The notes under the pieces are model-generated. The model saw nothing but the letters and a program-made list of their open reading frames with translations. It was not told where the DNA came from and ran no database searches. This document shows, in pieces, positions 29,835 through 44,134 of a stretch of 64,000 bases of DNA. Origin of the DNA: an uncultured delta proteobacterium (GTDB taxonomy: Bacteria > Desulfobacterota > Binatia > Binatales > Binataceae); assembly GCA_963808235.1 (NCBI GenBank), contig CAWEEQ010000004.1:2112001-2176000 (forward strand). Reading direction: 5' to 3'. The position numbers and the translations under genes were made by a program. The stretch's first letter is position 1. Each line of letters begins with the position of its first letter.

Positions 29835-32173
29835 TAGTCCTTGCTCATCGACGAGATATCGCGAAAAATCGTGACCGAATTGGCCGGAGCATAACATGCG
29901 ATTCCGCTCGCTGTACAGGCTCCTTTTGCGTGCGCGGGGCTGGCGACTGCCGAGGTTCGAATCGCGCCGAGAGCTTGCGGCGCAAACACCATTAGCAGCA
30001 GTTGCGGTGATGCCGCCCCGCCGTCCAGGTGGCCCACATATTGGGCAGGATAGGGAAAATAGATTTTCTCCGCGATGCTGCCATAGTTCGAAAGCACCGA
30101 GCGCAATCCCTGTGGCGTGCCGACGACGCCGATCGCTATAGCTCCATCATCCCACGGCCCCAGCCAGATTCCGGCGGTCGTGGCCGCAAACTTGGGCGCC
30201 GGGCCCAGCTCCTGTGCGAGCCGGTACCTGAGCGGGACAGTCCGCATGATCCACGATACAATCCGCTGGAACGAGGCTCTTCGGCGGATCGCGCTGATTG
30301 GCCAGTAGCCGTACACCTGGGATCGAGGTTCATCTCGCACCACTTCCGGCGGCAGCCCCATCGATGCGGCCTGCACCGGGCTGAGCTTGTCGAGCGGCTT
30401 CCCCGAAGCAAGGTAACTTTGCGCGGCCCCAAAGAGCATCCGGAAGCGGAGCAGGTTGTAGCGCGATTCCATCTCGTCCGCCCCCAGACTGCGATACGGA
30501 GCGAGACTTTCGCGGTCGATGCGGTAGAGAAAAACCCCGCCGACGTCGACTCGTTGCGCGCTTACCGTGGAGACCAGACGGCCATAGGCGGCATAGTCGC
30601 CCTCTTTGACGACGATCGCGCTGACATCGTGATCTGCAATGAACGCTTTGAACTGGTCCTCATAACCGGGGATATATGGTGCGTCCTTGTTCAGAGCGTC
30701 GACGATCGGCCACGCCTGGAACTCGTGCGGCACGATCCCGAGCAGCCCTTGCGGCATCCGGAAGTAGAACTTGCTGGACGACTGCCAGAGCATACAGTTG
30801 CCGCTCTCTCCGTAAGGCAGAATAAGCACGGTCTCGTCGCGCTTTAGATAGTTCGCGTAAATCCCGTCGCGAAAGAATTCCGGTAAATCCGCCTTGCCGA
30901 TCCACCGGCTGAACGGGATCGCGGGCATCAGCGAAACAACTACCGCGCCGGCCAGCAGCCACCGGAGTGGACTCGGCTTGCCGGCCGGTTCTGCTTCTGC
31001 CAGCCACAACGCCACGATCAATCCTCCCACAAGGAACGCGTACATCATGAACCGGGCCGGCAACGCATTGTTCAGGATCGGTACCGGCACCGCCCAGATC
31101 CATAGCCACGGCGCGACCCCGAAACCGCTCACATGCAGAACCGGCCCGATCGAGGCGATACAGATCAGAGCAAGCATCGCGGTCAGGTAACGGGCTAGAT
31201 CGCGTCGAGGCGATCGCCAGAGAAACAACGCACCGAGCACGGGCAGCAGGCCAAGGTAGCCGGCTGCCTCTTTGAGATCGTCGTTGCGAATCGTCACCGC
31301 GTTCAAGGAAGGGAGCCAGGCACCCATCGCACTGACCCCGGTGGGAAAGAAAAAATTCAGCAGATCGGTCGAGCAATGCGCCGGGTTGTAGATCGGAAGC
31401 CAGTCATATTGCCTGGCGAGGAACCTGACCAGGTATGGCGACAGAACCACGATCGCAACGCCGTAAGCGATCGTCAGCGAAACCGCCGCCCTCTTGAACT
31501 CGGCCATGTTGATCTCAGGAAAAAATCGCCGCGCCGCTACTATTGCCAGCGCGCCGAAGATTGTCGCCGTAGCAAAGATCTCCGGAGAAAGGAGGAACTG
31601 AAAAACCAGGCAAGCCGCGAACCACATTACAAAGGTGATGCGCCCCAGGCGCCCATGCCAATGCAGCAGCACGAGCCACGGCAGAATCGGAATGACGAAC
31701 ACCAGGACCAGGTCCAGATGCCCGGTGAGCTGCTCCTGCATATACGGAGAGAAGCCGAAGATGCCTCCGCCGATTAGCGCTGGCCAGAACGCGCCGGTGA
31801 CATAGCGGTAAAGGACGAATGCGGTGAACGAAGCGAGGATTGGAGCGAGCAAGGTGAGGACGTTGTAAGACGCAACCACGCCCACTATACGGGTCAGCGG
31901 CCAGGCGGCGAGACTCGCACCGGGAATCGTGGTTGCCCATGCCAGATTAAAGCCGCTGGGAGCCCACACCACACTGGTTTCAAGCGGGACTAGGCGATGG
32001 CTGATGGCGTGCGGATACCAGGCCAGGCCCCACATGTAGATTTGTGGCTCCCCCGTATAACCGCCGAAGCATGAAGTTGCAAAGCCCCGCGCTATCAACG
32101 GGGTTCCGAAAATGCTCACCGAGAGCGCGGCGAAGATCGCAAGCGCGCCGAGAGTAGTCAGGAGTTTCCGCAT
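29834..32173 (-). CDS. Polytopic membrane protein, YfhO/GT-C-like
   Basis: N-terminal TM bundle (WAP.GFNLAWATT, FGFSPY, GHL, GYLG, PARFM) and a periplasmic C-terminal region. Confidence 0.7.
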   Translation of the reverse strand: MRKLLTTLGALAIFAALSVSIFGTPLIARGFATSCFGGYTGEPQIYMWGLAWYPHAISHRLVPLETSVVWAPSGFNLAWATTIPGASLAAWPLTRIVGVVASYNVLTLLAPILASFTAFVLYRYVTGAFWPALIGGGIFGFSPYMQEQLTGHLDLVLVFVIPILPWLVLLHWHGRLGRITFVMWFAACLVFQFLLSPEIFATATIFGALAIVAARRFFPEINMAEFKRAAVSLTIAYGVAIVVLSPYLVRFLARQYDWLPIYNPAHCSTDLLNFFFPTGVSAMGAWLPSLNAVTIRNDDLKEAAGYLGLLPVLGALFLWRSPRRDLARYLTAMLALICIASIGPVLHVSGFGVAPWLWIWAVPVPILNNALPARFMMYAFLVGGLIVALWLAEAEPAGKPSPLRWLLAGAVVVSLMPAIPFSRWIGKADLPEFFRDGIYANYLKRDETVLILPYGESGNCMLWQSSSKFYFRMPQGLLGIVPHEFQAWPIVDALNKDAPYIPGYEDQFKAFIADHDVSAIVVKEGDYAAYGRLVSTVSAQRVDVGGVFLYRIDRESLAPYRSLGADEMESRYNLLRFRMLFGAAQSYLASGKPLDKLSPVQAASMGLPPEVVRDEPRSQVYGYWPISAIRRRASFQRIVSWIMRTVPLRYRLAQELGPAPKFAATTAGIWLGPWDDGAIAIGVVGTPQGLRSVLSNYGSIAEKIYFPYPAQYVGHLDGGAASPQLLLMVFAPQALGAIRTSAVASPAHAKGACTASGIACYAPANSVTIFRDISSMSKD

Positions 32174-32302
32174 CCTCTCCCGGCACGGGCGTCTCTAGTG
32201 ACACGGGCGGGCATTTCCTCCGTGTAGATACCGGGTGCAGGGGTCACCCCTGCCGCCAGCCGCGCAGGCGTGACCAAGATTCCTATGCGAATCGCGCTCC
32301 CA

Positions 32303-32758
32303 TCACTGCGCGAGGGGATCCCGCGCAGTCAACGGCACAAACTGATCGAGTTGAAAATCCCCAATCACCACGCTGCCGCCACTCTCCAGCCATGCGTGCG
32401 CTTCAAGCCGCCCACCCGCCGGCTTCATGACCCCGATCTTCAGCTCGGCCGGATAACCGTAACGCTTGAGCACGATGCCCGTCGCGAGCGCTCTTACCAG
32501 ACAGTTGCCCGCCCCCGGCACGACCCGGCTGAGCGCCGCGACCGCCCACGCAATCCTGCGCGCCGTCGGTAGTGGCACAGGCGTTCCTGCCCGTGATGTG
32601 CGCCGCACCGGCCGGCTCATCGCGTCGGCAATCCGGTTCACACGCTCAAACGGCATCGTCCACATCGCGATGCGCATCGCAACGATCGGCGCGATCGTGT
32701 TCAGTACGAGCGTCCGATCCGATCGATTAAGAACTATGAACTTGCCAATCCGGCTCAT
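32303..32758 (-). CDS. Lasso leader peptidase (B2, transglutaminase-like)
   Basis: NCLVRALA catalytic Cys, LKIGV, AHAWLE catalytic His; ATG overlaps the RRE stop. Confidence 0.92.
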   Translation of the reverse strand: MSRIGKFIVLNRSDRTLVLNTIAPIVAMRIAMWTMPFERVNRIADAMSRPVRRTSRAGTPVPLPTARRIAWAVAALSRVVPGAGNCLVRALATGIVLKRYGYPAELKIGVMKPAGGRLEAHAWLESGGSVVIGDFQLDQFVPLTARDPLAQ

Positions 32759-33042
32759 CCCGTGACCTGGATAAGCCCACGTTCTTGAAGTGCGCCCAGC
32801 AACTCGATCAACTCCCCCGAGCATCGCTCCGTTTCAACGTCGTACTGCGCCAGGATCGCGTCGCGAATGTCAACCACTCGCCGCGGCTGCGCGATCAGGT
32901 TCCACACCGTCGCGCCGACCTGGTCAAGTCCGAAGTAGGTGCCAGTCTTCAATTCCAGGATCGCTGCTTCGCCGGCGAGATCGCAGGAAATCTGATCCTT
33001 CGATGCGACCACTACGGACTCTTGCGAAATTCGCCTTTTCAC
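32755..33042 (-). CDS. PqqD-family RiPP recognition element (lasso B1/E), copy 2
   Basis: DQISCDLAGEAAIL...YFGLDQVGATVWNLI; clear paralogue of 27790-28074. Confidence 0.92.
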   Translation of the reverse strand: MKRRISQESVVVASKDQISCDLAGEAAILELKTGTYFGLDQVGATVWNLIAQPRRVVDIRDAILAQYDVETERCSGELIELLGALQERGLIQVTG

Positions 33043-33141
33043 GTTTTCACGTCTTCACTTTTTCACGAACCGATGGGTCACTGCCGATCACTTGTGACTG
33101 TTTTTGAACAGTTGAACAGTGAAACAGTTAAACGGTGAAAC
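33036..33141. repeat. Two short ~8-nt repeat arrays in roughly inverted orientation (TTTTCACG x4; AACAGT(T/G)(G/A) x4)
   Basis: ttttcacgttttcacgtcttcactttttcacg and gaacagttgaacagtgaaacagttaaacggtgaaac. Confidence 0.55.
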
Positions 33142-33394
33142 ATGCCATATCGCTATCATCATCGAAAAAGAGAGCCCGAACTCTACAGAACCGGCGCGCC
33201 ACCGGCAAGGCCAACCGTCAGGCGCGATGCGCTAACATTCAGTCACGTATTCCGCCCTCCTGTTAGTTTCATTTATCTCTTGTCATGCCAAGGCGCGCGA
33301 CCAATGTTCCATGTTTAGTCAGAAGTGCTCGATGTGGATGTTTATAACTAAGCTAGGAATATCTTTGTAAAGTAGAACTTGAAAAAGATTCTGC

Positions 33395-35145
<1,751 letters not shown>

Positions 35146-35166
35146 AAGCGATGTAATCAATCGACC

Positions 35167-35193
35167 GGAGCGGCGGGCTCAACCCGCCGCTCC
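35167..35193 (+). other. Conserved GC-rich hairpin between collagen gene and partner gene (copy 1)
   Basis: GGAGCGGCGGG-ctcaa-CCCGCCGCTCC; no U-tract. Confidence 0.75.
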
Positions 35194-35249
35194 ATGTCAG
35201 TCGGATTCAGGGAAGAGCAGGGAAGCGGAAGAGACCAGGAGTAATAAAA

Positions 35250-35609
35250 ATGCAACATTCAACCAGTGCGAGGCGCGCGCTGACAGCCATCCTGGCCGGA
35301 ACGGTCGTGCTGTTCTGTTCCGCCATCTCGTTCGCGGGCGTGCCGACCCTCGGATCCAATTGTGGTTCTGCCGGCGCGGCCGTCGCGGGTTCAGATTCGG
35401 CTGGCAAGATAACTCTGGGCATCGGCACCACCAACACCTGCACCCTCTCTTTTTCGGTGCCGTACCCCAACGCGCCCGCGTGCATGGCGACCAACGAAAC
35501 CGGTGGAACCGCGGTTGGGATCAGTACTACGCCGGCGGGCGCCGTGCTGAGCGGGCCTTATCCTTTCGCCGCCGGCAACGTGATCAGTTACATCTGTCAG
35601 GACTACTGA
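35250..35609 (+). CDS. Small secreted four-Cys protein (collagen partner family, copy 1)
   Basis: Signal peptide; GVPTLGxxCG..GSDxAGKITLG..TC.L.FSVPY.NAPAC...YIC. Confidence 0.85.
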   Translation: MQHSTSARRALTAILAGTVVLFCSAISFAGVPTLGSNCGSAGAAVAGSDSAGKITLGIGTTNTCTLSFSVPYPNAPACMATNETGGTAVGISTTPAGAVLSGPYPFAAGNVISYICQDY

Positions 35610-35646
35610 CATTAAGGATTCGATAAGTTTGGTTCGGGGGTCCACA

Positions 35647-37328
<1,682 letters not shown>

Positions 37329-37402
37329 GGCCGATTCACGATGCGAACTGTGAGCGCGCGCAATACGAACATCAGCAAGAAGATCAGCAAGGACATCGGG
37401 AT

Positions 37403-37429
37403 GAGCGGCGGGCTATCCGCCCGCCGCTC
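37403..37429 (+). other. Conserved hairpin (copy 2)
   Basis: GAGCGGCGGGC-tatcc-GCCCGCCGCTC. Confidence 0.75.
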
Positions 37430-37458
37430 CGTATCCACAAAGCGGGGGCTCTAGATTT

Positions 37459-37809
37459 ATGCAACGACTTCAGGCAGGATCGAGGGTTGCCATCTTGGCG
37501 GCAATCCTGATGATTCTATCTTCAACCTTCGCCCTCGCCGGCACCCCAACCCTCGGCCCCGAATGCGGCTCCGGCGCAGTCATCACCGGCTCCGACGCCG
37601 GCGGTAAGGCAACTCTCGGCAAGGCGACCCAAAACACCTGCACCATCAATTTTTCGGTCCCGTTCACCAACGCTCCCGCCTGCATGACCACCAACGAGAC
37701 CCAGGGCAGACCCGTCGGAGTCAGCACCACCCAGTCATCCGCAACCCTGAGCGGCCCCTACCCCTTCAGCCCCGGCGACACGATCTCGTACATCTGCGCA
37801 GGTTACTGA
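37459..37809 (+). CDS. Small secreted four-Cys protein (copy 2)
   Basis: GTPTLGPECG..GSDAGGKATLG..TC..FSVPFTNAPAC..YIC. Confidence 0.85.
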   Translation: MQRLQAGSRVAILAAILMILSSTFALAGTPTLGPECGSGAVITGSDAGGKATLGKATQNTCTINFSVPFTNAPACMTTNETQGRPVGVSTTQSSATLSGPYPFSPGDTISYICAGY

Positions 37810-37813
37810 TCTG

Positions 37814-38182
37814 CTAATGCCGCAGTTTCTTCCCACTCTCTCTTGGTAATTTTTGCTGATTCCCCTCCGCCGCAACCAAATCTTCCAGCTTGCGGCGGTG
37901 GTACAGGACCCGCTGAGCGTAGAGTTTTAGATGCTCACGCAGCGTTTCAAGAGACTTATGAGTCTTCTTCCTGATAATCTCGATATCAGGCTCGTCTTCG
38001 TCAAACAATTGCCTGTCCCTGAGGCCCTCAAAACCAGCAAGAATTGTTCCCTTCCCCTTGTCGCAGAGCGGTTTGCACAACTCAGTGCAGGTCGTGACGC
38101 GAGCGCACATCGCTTCGCGGAATTGCAATCGTAGGTCCAGATAGGCAGCGTTGAGGTCCGGGAGGTCAGTCTCGAATTTCAT
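37814..38182 (-). CDS. Hypothetical helical protein
   Basis: 122-aa charged ORF, visibly more AT-rich than its neighbours; no family recognised. Confidence 0.45.
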   Translation of the reverse strand: MKFETDLPDLNAAYLDLRLQFREAMCARVTTCTELCKPLCDKGKGTILAGFEGLRDRQLFDEDEPDIEIIRKKTHKSLETLREHLKLYAQRVLYHRRKLEDLVAAEGNQQKLPRESGKKLRH

Positions 38183-38289
38183 CGTTCTGGGAAAGAACTC
38201 GAGCCGCGCAGGCTCAACTGCGCGATCGCGATCGGCTGTTCGCGGCCTGGCTCGGCGCCGCCGCGGTAGTTATCAAGGCGCGCCTCGAT

Positions 38290-40110
38290 GTGCTCGAGTT
38301 TGCGCAGCCGATGTTTCGTCCGCAGCCGGAGCTGGTGCGATGGCTTCCGCTCGCCGCCTGGCAGGACATCGCGATGCTCGCGCTGCTCAGCTGGACCTCG
38401 TGGATCGTAATCCCGATGCTGACCCGCGCGCGCGTTCGCCGCGCTGCGTATGTCGTCGCGTGGGCGGTCGCGCTGTTCGCGGCGGCCTATGCGGCGCTCA
38501 ACGCGGAGCTGTACAGCTTCTTTCAGGGCTCGCTCACCTACCAGCTCCTCGTCCTGTCCAATCACCTCGACTATATCCGCGACAGCCTGGTCTACTTCGC
38601 GCAGACCGGAGAACACGTTCACGGGATTATGCTCGCGCCGATCGCGGCGCTTGCGATCGCGATCGCGATCTACTGGGCCGCGCCCGATTGGCTGCGGCGC
38701 GCGGCGCGCGGGTTCCATTCGCGGGCGGGACTCGTGTGCCTCGTGCTCTACCTGATGGCGGGTGTGGTCTGGGGCGCGGAGTCGCGCGCGTATCAGAGCG
38801 CGTTTCTAAATCCGGAGTGGGCGTTTGTGAAGTCGCTCTTCTATCACAACGAAGGAGCATTCCTGGCCGGAAACTTCCCGCGCGATTACCTGGACGACTT
38901 CATGCCGGCACCGGTGGCACGGGCGTCCATCCCCGTGATCGATCCGGCGGCACCCCGTCCGCGAAACGTAGTGATGCTGATCGGAGAATCGCTCGGGGCG
39001 CGCTACCTCGGACTCTACGGCGCGCCGTACGACAACACTCCCGAGATGCAGAAACTTGCGGAACACGGCGCGGTCTTCGAGAGAACCTACGTGTCGTGCC
39101 CGTACAGCGACAATGCGATGGCGGCGCTGTTCACCTCCGTCTACCCGGCTCACTACTGGCAGGCGGTGCTGACCCGCGCGCCGGAGCTCTCGATTCCCGG
39201 AATCGGCACGGTGCTGCAAAGCAAGGGTTACCGGGTGGCGATGATCCACTCGGGAAATCTCGCCTTCAAGGAGCAATACTACCTGCGCAGCCACGGCTTC
39301 CCCGAGGTCCACGACAAGAGCGACTTGCCGGGATTCGCGCCGGGGCACGCGCCGCTGATCTGGAAATACGATCTTATTTCGCGCGACTCGAAGCTGATGC
39401 CGGCCGCGATGACCTGGATCGGGACCGATCGCACCAAGCCGTTCTTCCTGGTGCTGTGGACCGACGACACCCATGCGCCGTACACGCCGCCGGCGCCGAA
39501 GTCATATGGGGTTAGCGACGAGGACCTCAACCGCTACATCGGCGCGGCGGCGGAAACCGACTCGATGGTCGGAGTGCTCGAGCGCGAACTCGCGCAGCGC
39601 GGGCTGCTCGACGACACCCTGGTGGTGGTCACCGGAGACCATGGCGAACAATTCGGGCAGCATGGGCATCCGGGGCATGGATTTTCTCTGTACGACGAAG
39701 AAGTCAGGGTGCCGCTCGTCATCGCGAATCCGCGGCTCTTCCCCAAGGGCGAAAAAATCGATCGGATCGCCCGGCAGATCGACATCGCACCAACGATCGT
39801 TGCGACGCTCGGCTTCGATGCGCCCGTAGAGTGGCAGGGGCAGAACCTATTCAGCGCGGGGCCCGAGCGGCGCGCGTATCTATTTGCCGACTATCACTTT
39901 GGAGTGGTCGAGGGTAATTACAAATACATTTACGATGCGAATTCCGCGCACTCGGAGATCTACGATCTGAGCCGCGATCCTCTCGAGCTGCACAATCTAA
40001 GTGGCGATCCCGAAGTGTCGAAGTCGGCGAAAGAGGCCTACATGAGGCTGGCGGCATGGTCTGCGTTCCAGAACAAATACCTGGACAAGTTCGACCTGCA
40101 TCACCATTGA
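38290..40110 (+). CDS. LTA synthase-like / sulfatase-family membrane enzyme
   Basis: N-terminal TMs; NVVMLIGES, THAPY, VVTGDHGE, IDIAPT; the frame is open upstream of 38290, so the start is uncertain. Confidence 0.85.
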   Translation: MLEFAQPMFRPQPELVRWLPLAAWQDIAMLALLSWTSWIVIPMLTRARVRRAAYVVAWAVALFAAAYAALNAELYSFFQGSLTYQLLVLSNHLDYIRDSLVYFAQTGEHVHGIMLAPIAALAIAIAIYWAAPDWLRRAARGFHSRAGLVCLVLYLMAGVVWGAESRAYQSAFLNPEWAFVKSLFYHNEGAFLAGNFPRDYLDDFMPAPVARASIPVIDPAAPRPRNVVMLIGESLGARYLGLYGAPYDNTPEMQKLAEHGAVFERTYVSCPYSDNAMAALFTSVYPAHYWQAVLTRAPELSIPGIGTVLQSKGYRVAMIHSGNLAFKEQYYLRSHGFPEVHDKSDLPGFAPGHAPLIWKYDLISRDSKLMPAAMTWIGTDRTKPFFLVLWTDDTHAPYTPPAPKSYGVSDEDLNRYIGAAAETDSMVGVLERELAQRGLLDDTLVVVTGDHGEQFGQHGHPGHGFSLYDEEVRVPLVIANPRLFPKGEKIDRIARQIDIAPTIVATLGFDAPVEWQGQNLFSAGPERRAYLFADYHFGVVEGNYKYIYDANSAHSEIYDLSRDPLELHNLSGDPEVSKSAKEAYMRLAAWSAFQNKYLDKFDLHHH

Positions 40111-40120
40111 GGAGTTTGCA

Positions 40121-40609
40121 ATGAGGCGAAGCGTAATCCTTGTCTGCGACATCATCGCAGCCGTCGTGGTGTTCGAGTGGACGCGGCTGGGCCCATGGAA
40201 CCGGCTGCTGGGCTTCACCTATTACCACAGCCGTGGCGACGTCTGGCTGCCCACCCCGCCGGCCGCGGCCGACTATTTTCGCGCGATGGTATCGACCGGC
40301 ACATTGTTCTTCGTGATTTTCTTTTTGTTCATCTCACTGGTTTTGTACGCCGTCGGATCGCGAGGCGAAATTGTCCACCGGGTTTTTTATGGTGACGCGC
40401 GAAAGCTATCGGTAAAGTATTTCGCCTTTTTGCTTATTTCGTTTCTCTCGCCACTTTTCTACAACCGCATGTGGCGATACCACCTCACGCGTTCCGGGCG
40501 CATCGAGGGCGGACTCGCGATAACGATCGCGGTGTTCATAGTGGTGCTGATAGTCGGCGAGTTGCTGGCACACCTCGCGCCCCGGCGGCAGCAGGTCTCC
40601 AGCCGCTAG
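40121..40609 (+). CDS. Hypothetical membrane protein (about 4 TM)
   Basis: GAGGAG RBS; hydrophobic helices. Confidence 0.6.
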   Translation: MRRSVILVCDIIAAVVVFEWTRLGPWNRLLGFTYYHSRGDVWLPTPPAAADYFRAMVSTGTLFFVIFFLFISLVLYAVGSRGEIVHRVFYGDARKLSVKYFAFLLISFLSPLFYNRMWRYHLTRSGRIEGGLAITIAVFIVVLIVGELLAHLAPRRQQVSSR

Positions 40610-40798
40610 TTCAAAAATCAGAAAACCCGTTCGGAACATTCGGGCTCATCGGCGCCTTTCGAGTTGGGCAGCCGCGGCACATCTTCGATCGAAATTAGAA
40701 CCATCGGAATTCGAAGCTCGACGGCCCATAACATCCGAAAATGGGCAAAAGTCTACAACTCGGCGTATAAACACGTGAATATGGCCCAAAAAACGGTG

Positions 40799-43256
<2,458 letters not shown>

Positions 43257-43261
43257 GGTTA

Positions 43262-43291
43262 GGAGCGGCGGGCGGCTCCGCCCGCCGCTCC
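43262..43291 (+). other. Conserved hairpin (copy 3)
   Basis: GGAGCGGCGGGCGG-ct-CCGCCCGCCGCTCC. Confidence 0.75.
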
Positions 43292-43371
43292 GTGTCCACC
43301 GACAAGGACTTAGGCATCAGCCAGGCGTAATCAGTAGTTTCGAGGAACGAGGGGTAGCAGGAGCAATAAAC

Positions 43372-43728
43372 ATGAGACGATATTCATCAGGTACGAGGGG
43401 TTCGCTGACCGCCATACTGGCCGGAACGGTCGTGCTGTTCTGGTCGGCCTTCGCTTTCGCAGGCGTTCCAACCCTCGGATCCGATTGTGGCACCGGCGCG
43501 TCGATCGCGGGCTCCGACTCCGCGGGCAAGGTGACGTTGGGCGCAGGTCCGAGCACCTGCACACTCACGTTTTCGGTGCCGTACACTAATGCGCCCGCAT
43601 GTACGACAACCGACGAAACCAGCGGTCGGGGAGTCGGGCTCACTACCTCGTCTTCCGGGATCTTGCTAAACGGACCTTATCCCTTCAATGCCGGCGACGT
43701 GCTCGCTTACATTTGCGCGGAGTACTGA
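43372..43728 (+). CDS. Small secreted four-Cys protein (copy 3)
   Basis: Close paralogue of 35250-35609. Confidence 0.85.
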   Translation: MRRYSSGTRGSLTAILAGTVVLFWSAFAFAGVPTLGSDCGTGASIAGSDSAGKVTLGAGPSTCTLTFSVPYTNAPACTTTDETSGRGVGLTTSSSGILLNGPYPFNAGDVLAYICAEY

Positions 43729-43762
43729 TCCCATGGGCGTTTTCCCGCGAGGAGCATCAATT

Positions 43763-44134
43763 ATGCGACATCGATCTTCGATGGCGACCGGCAAACTGAC
43801 CCTGCTGATGATGACGGCGGCGGCCGTGCTGATGCTGTCCGCCACCTCATTTGCGGGCACGCCGACGCTGGGCGCCGGCTGCGGCAGCGGCGCGACCGTC
43901 GCTGGCTCTGACACCGGTGGAAAGGTGACGCTCGGCACCGGCAACACGTACTGCATACTGACGTTTTCGGGGACGTATACTAATGCGCCGGCGTGCGTGG
44001 CGACCAACGAAACCAACGGCGGAGCGCATGCGATCGCGGTGGGGGTGAAGACCTCGACGACGCAACTGATGATAGATGCGGCGGCGCCATGGGCAGATGG
44101 CGACACGATCGCGTACGTCTGCTCGACCTACTGA
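43763..44134 (+). CDS. Small secreted four-Cys protein (copy 4)
   Basis: GAGGAG RBS; GTPTLGAGCG..GSDTGGKVTLG..C..FSGTYTNAPAC..YVC. Confidence 0.85.
   Translation: MRHRSSMATGKLTLLMMTAAAVLMLSATSFAGTPTLGAGCGSGATVAGSDTGGKVTLGTGNTYCILTFSGTYTNAPACVATNETNGGAHAIAVGVKTSTTQLMIDAAAPWADGDTIAYVCSTY

Noticed and set aside
27790-33042. PQQ biosynthesis (pqqD)
   Set aside because: No pqqA/B/C/E genes are present; the PqqD-fold proteins are explained as lasso RREs.
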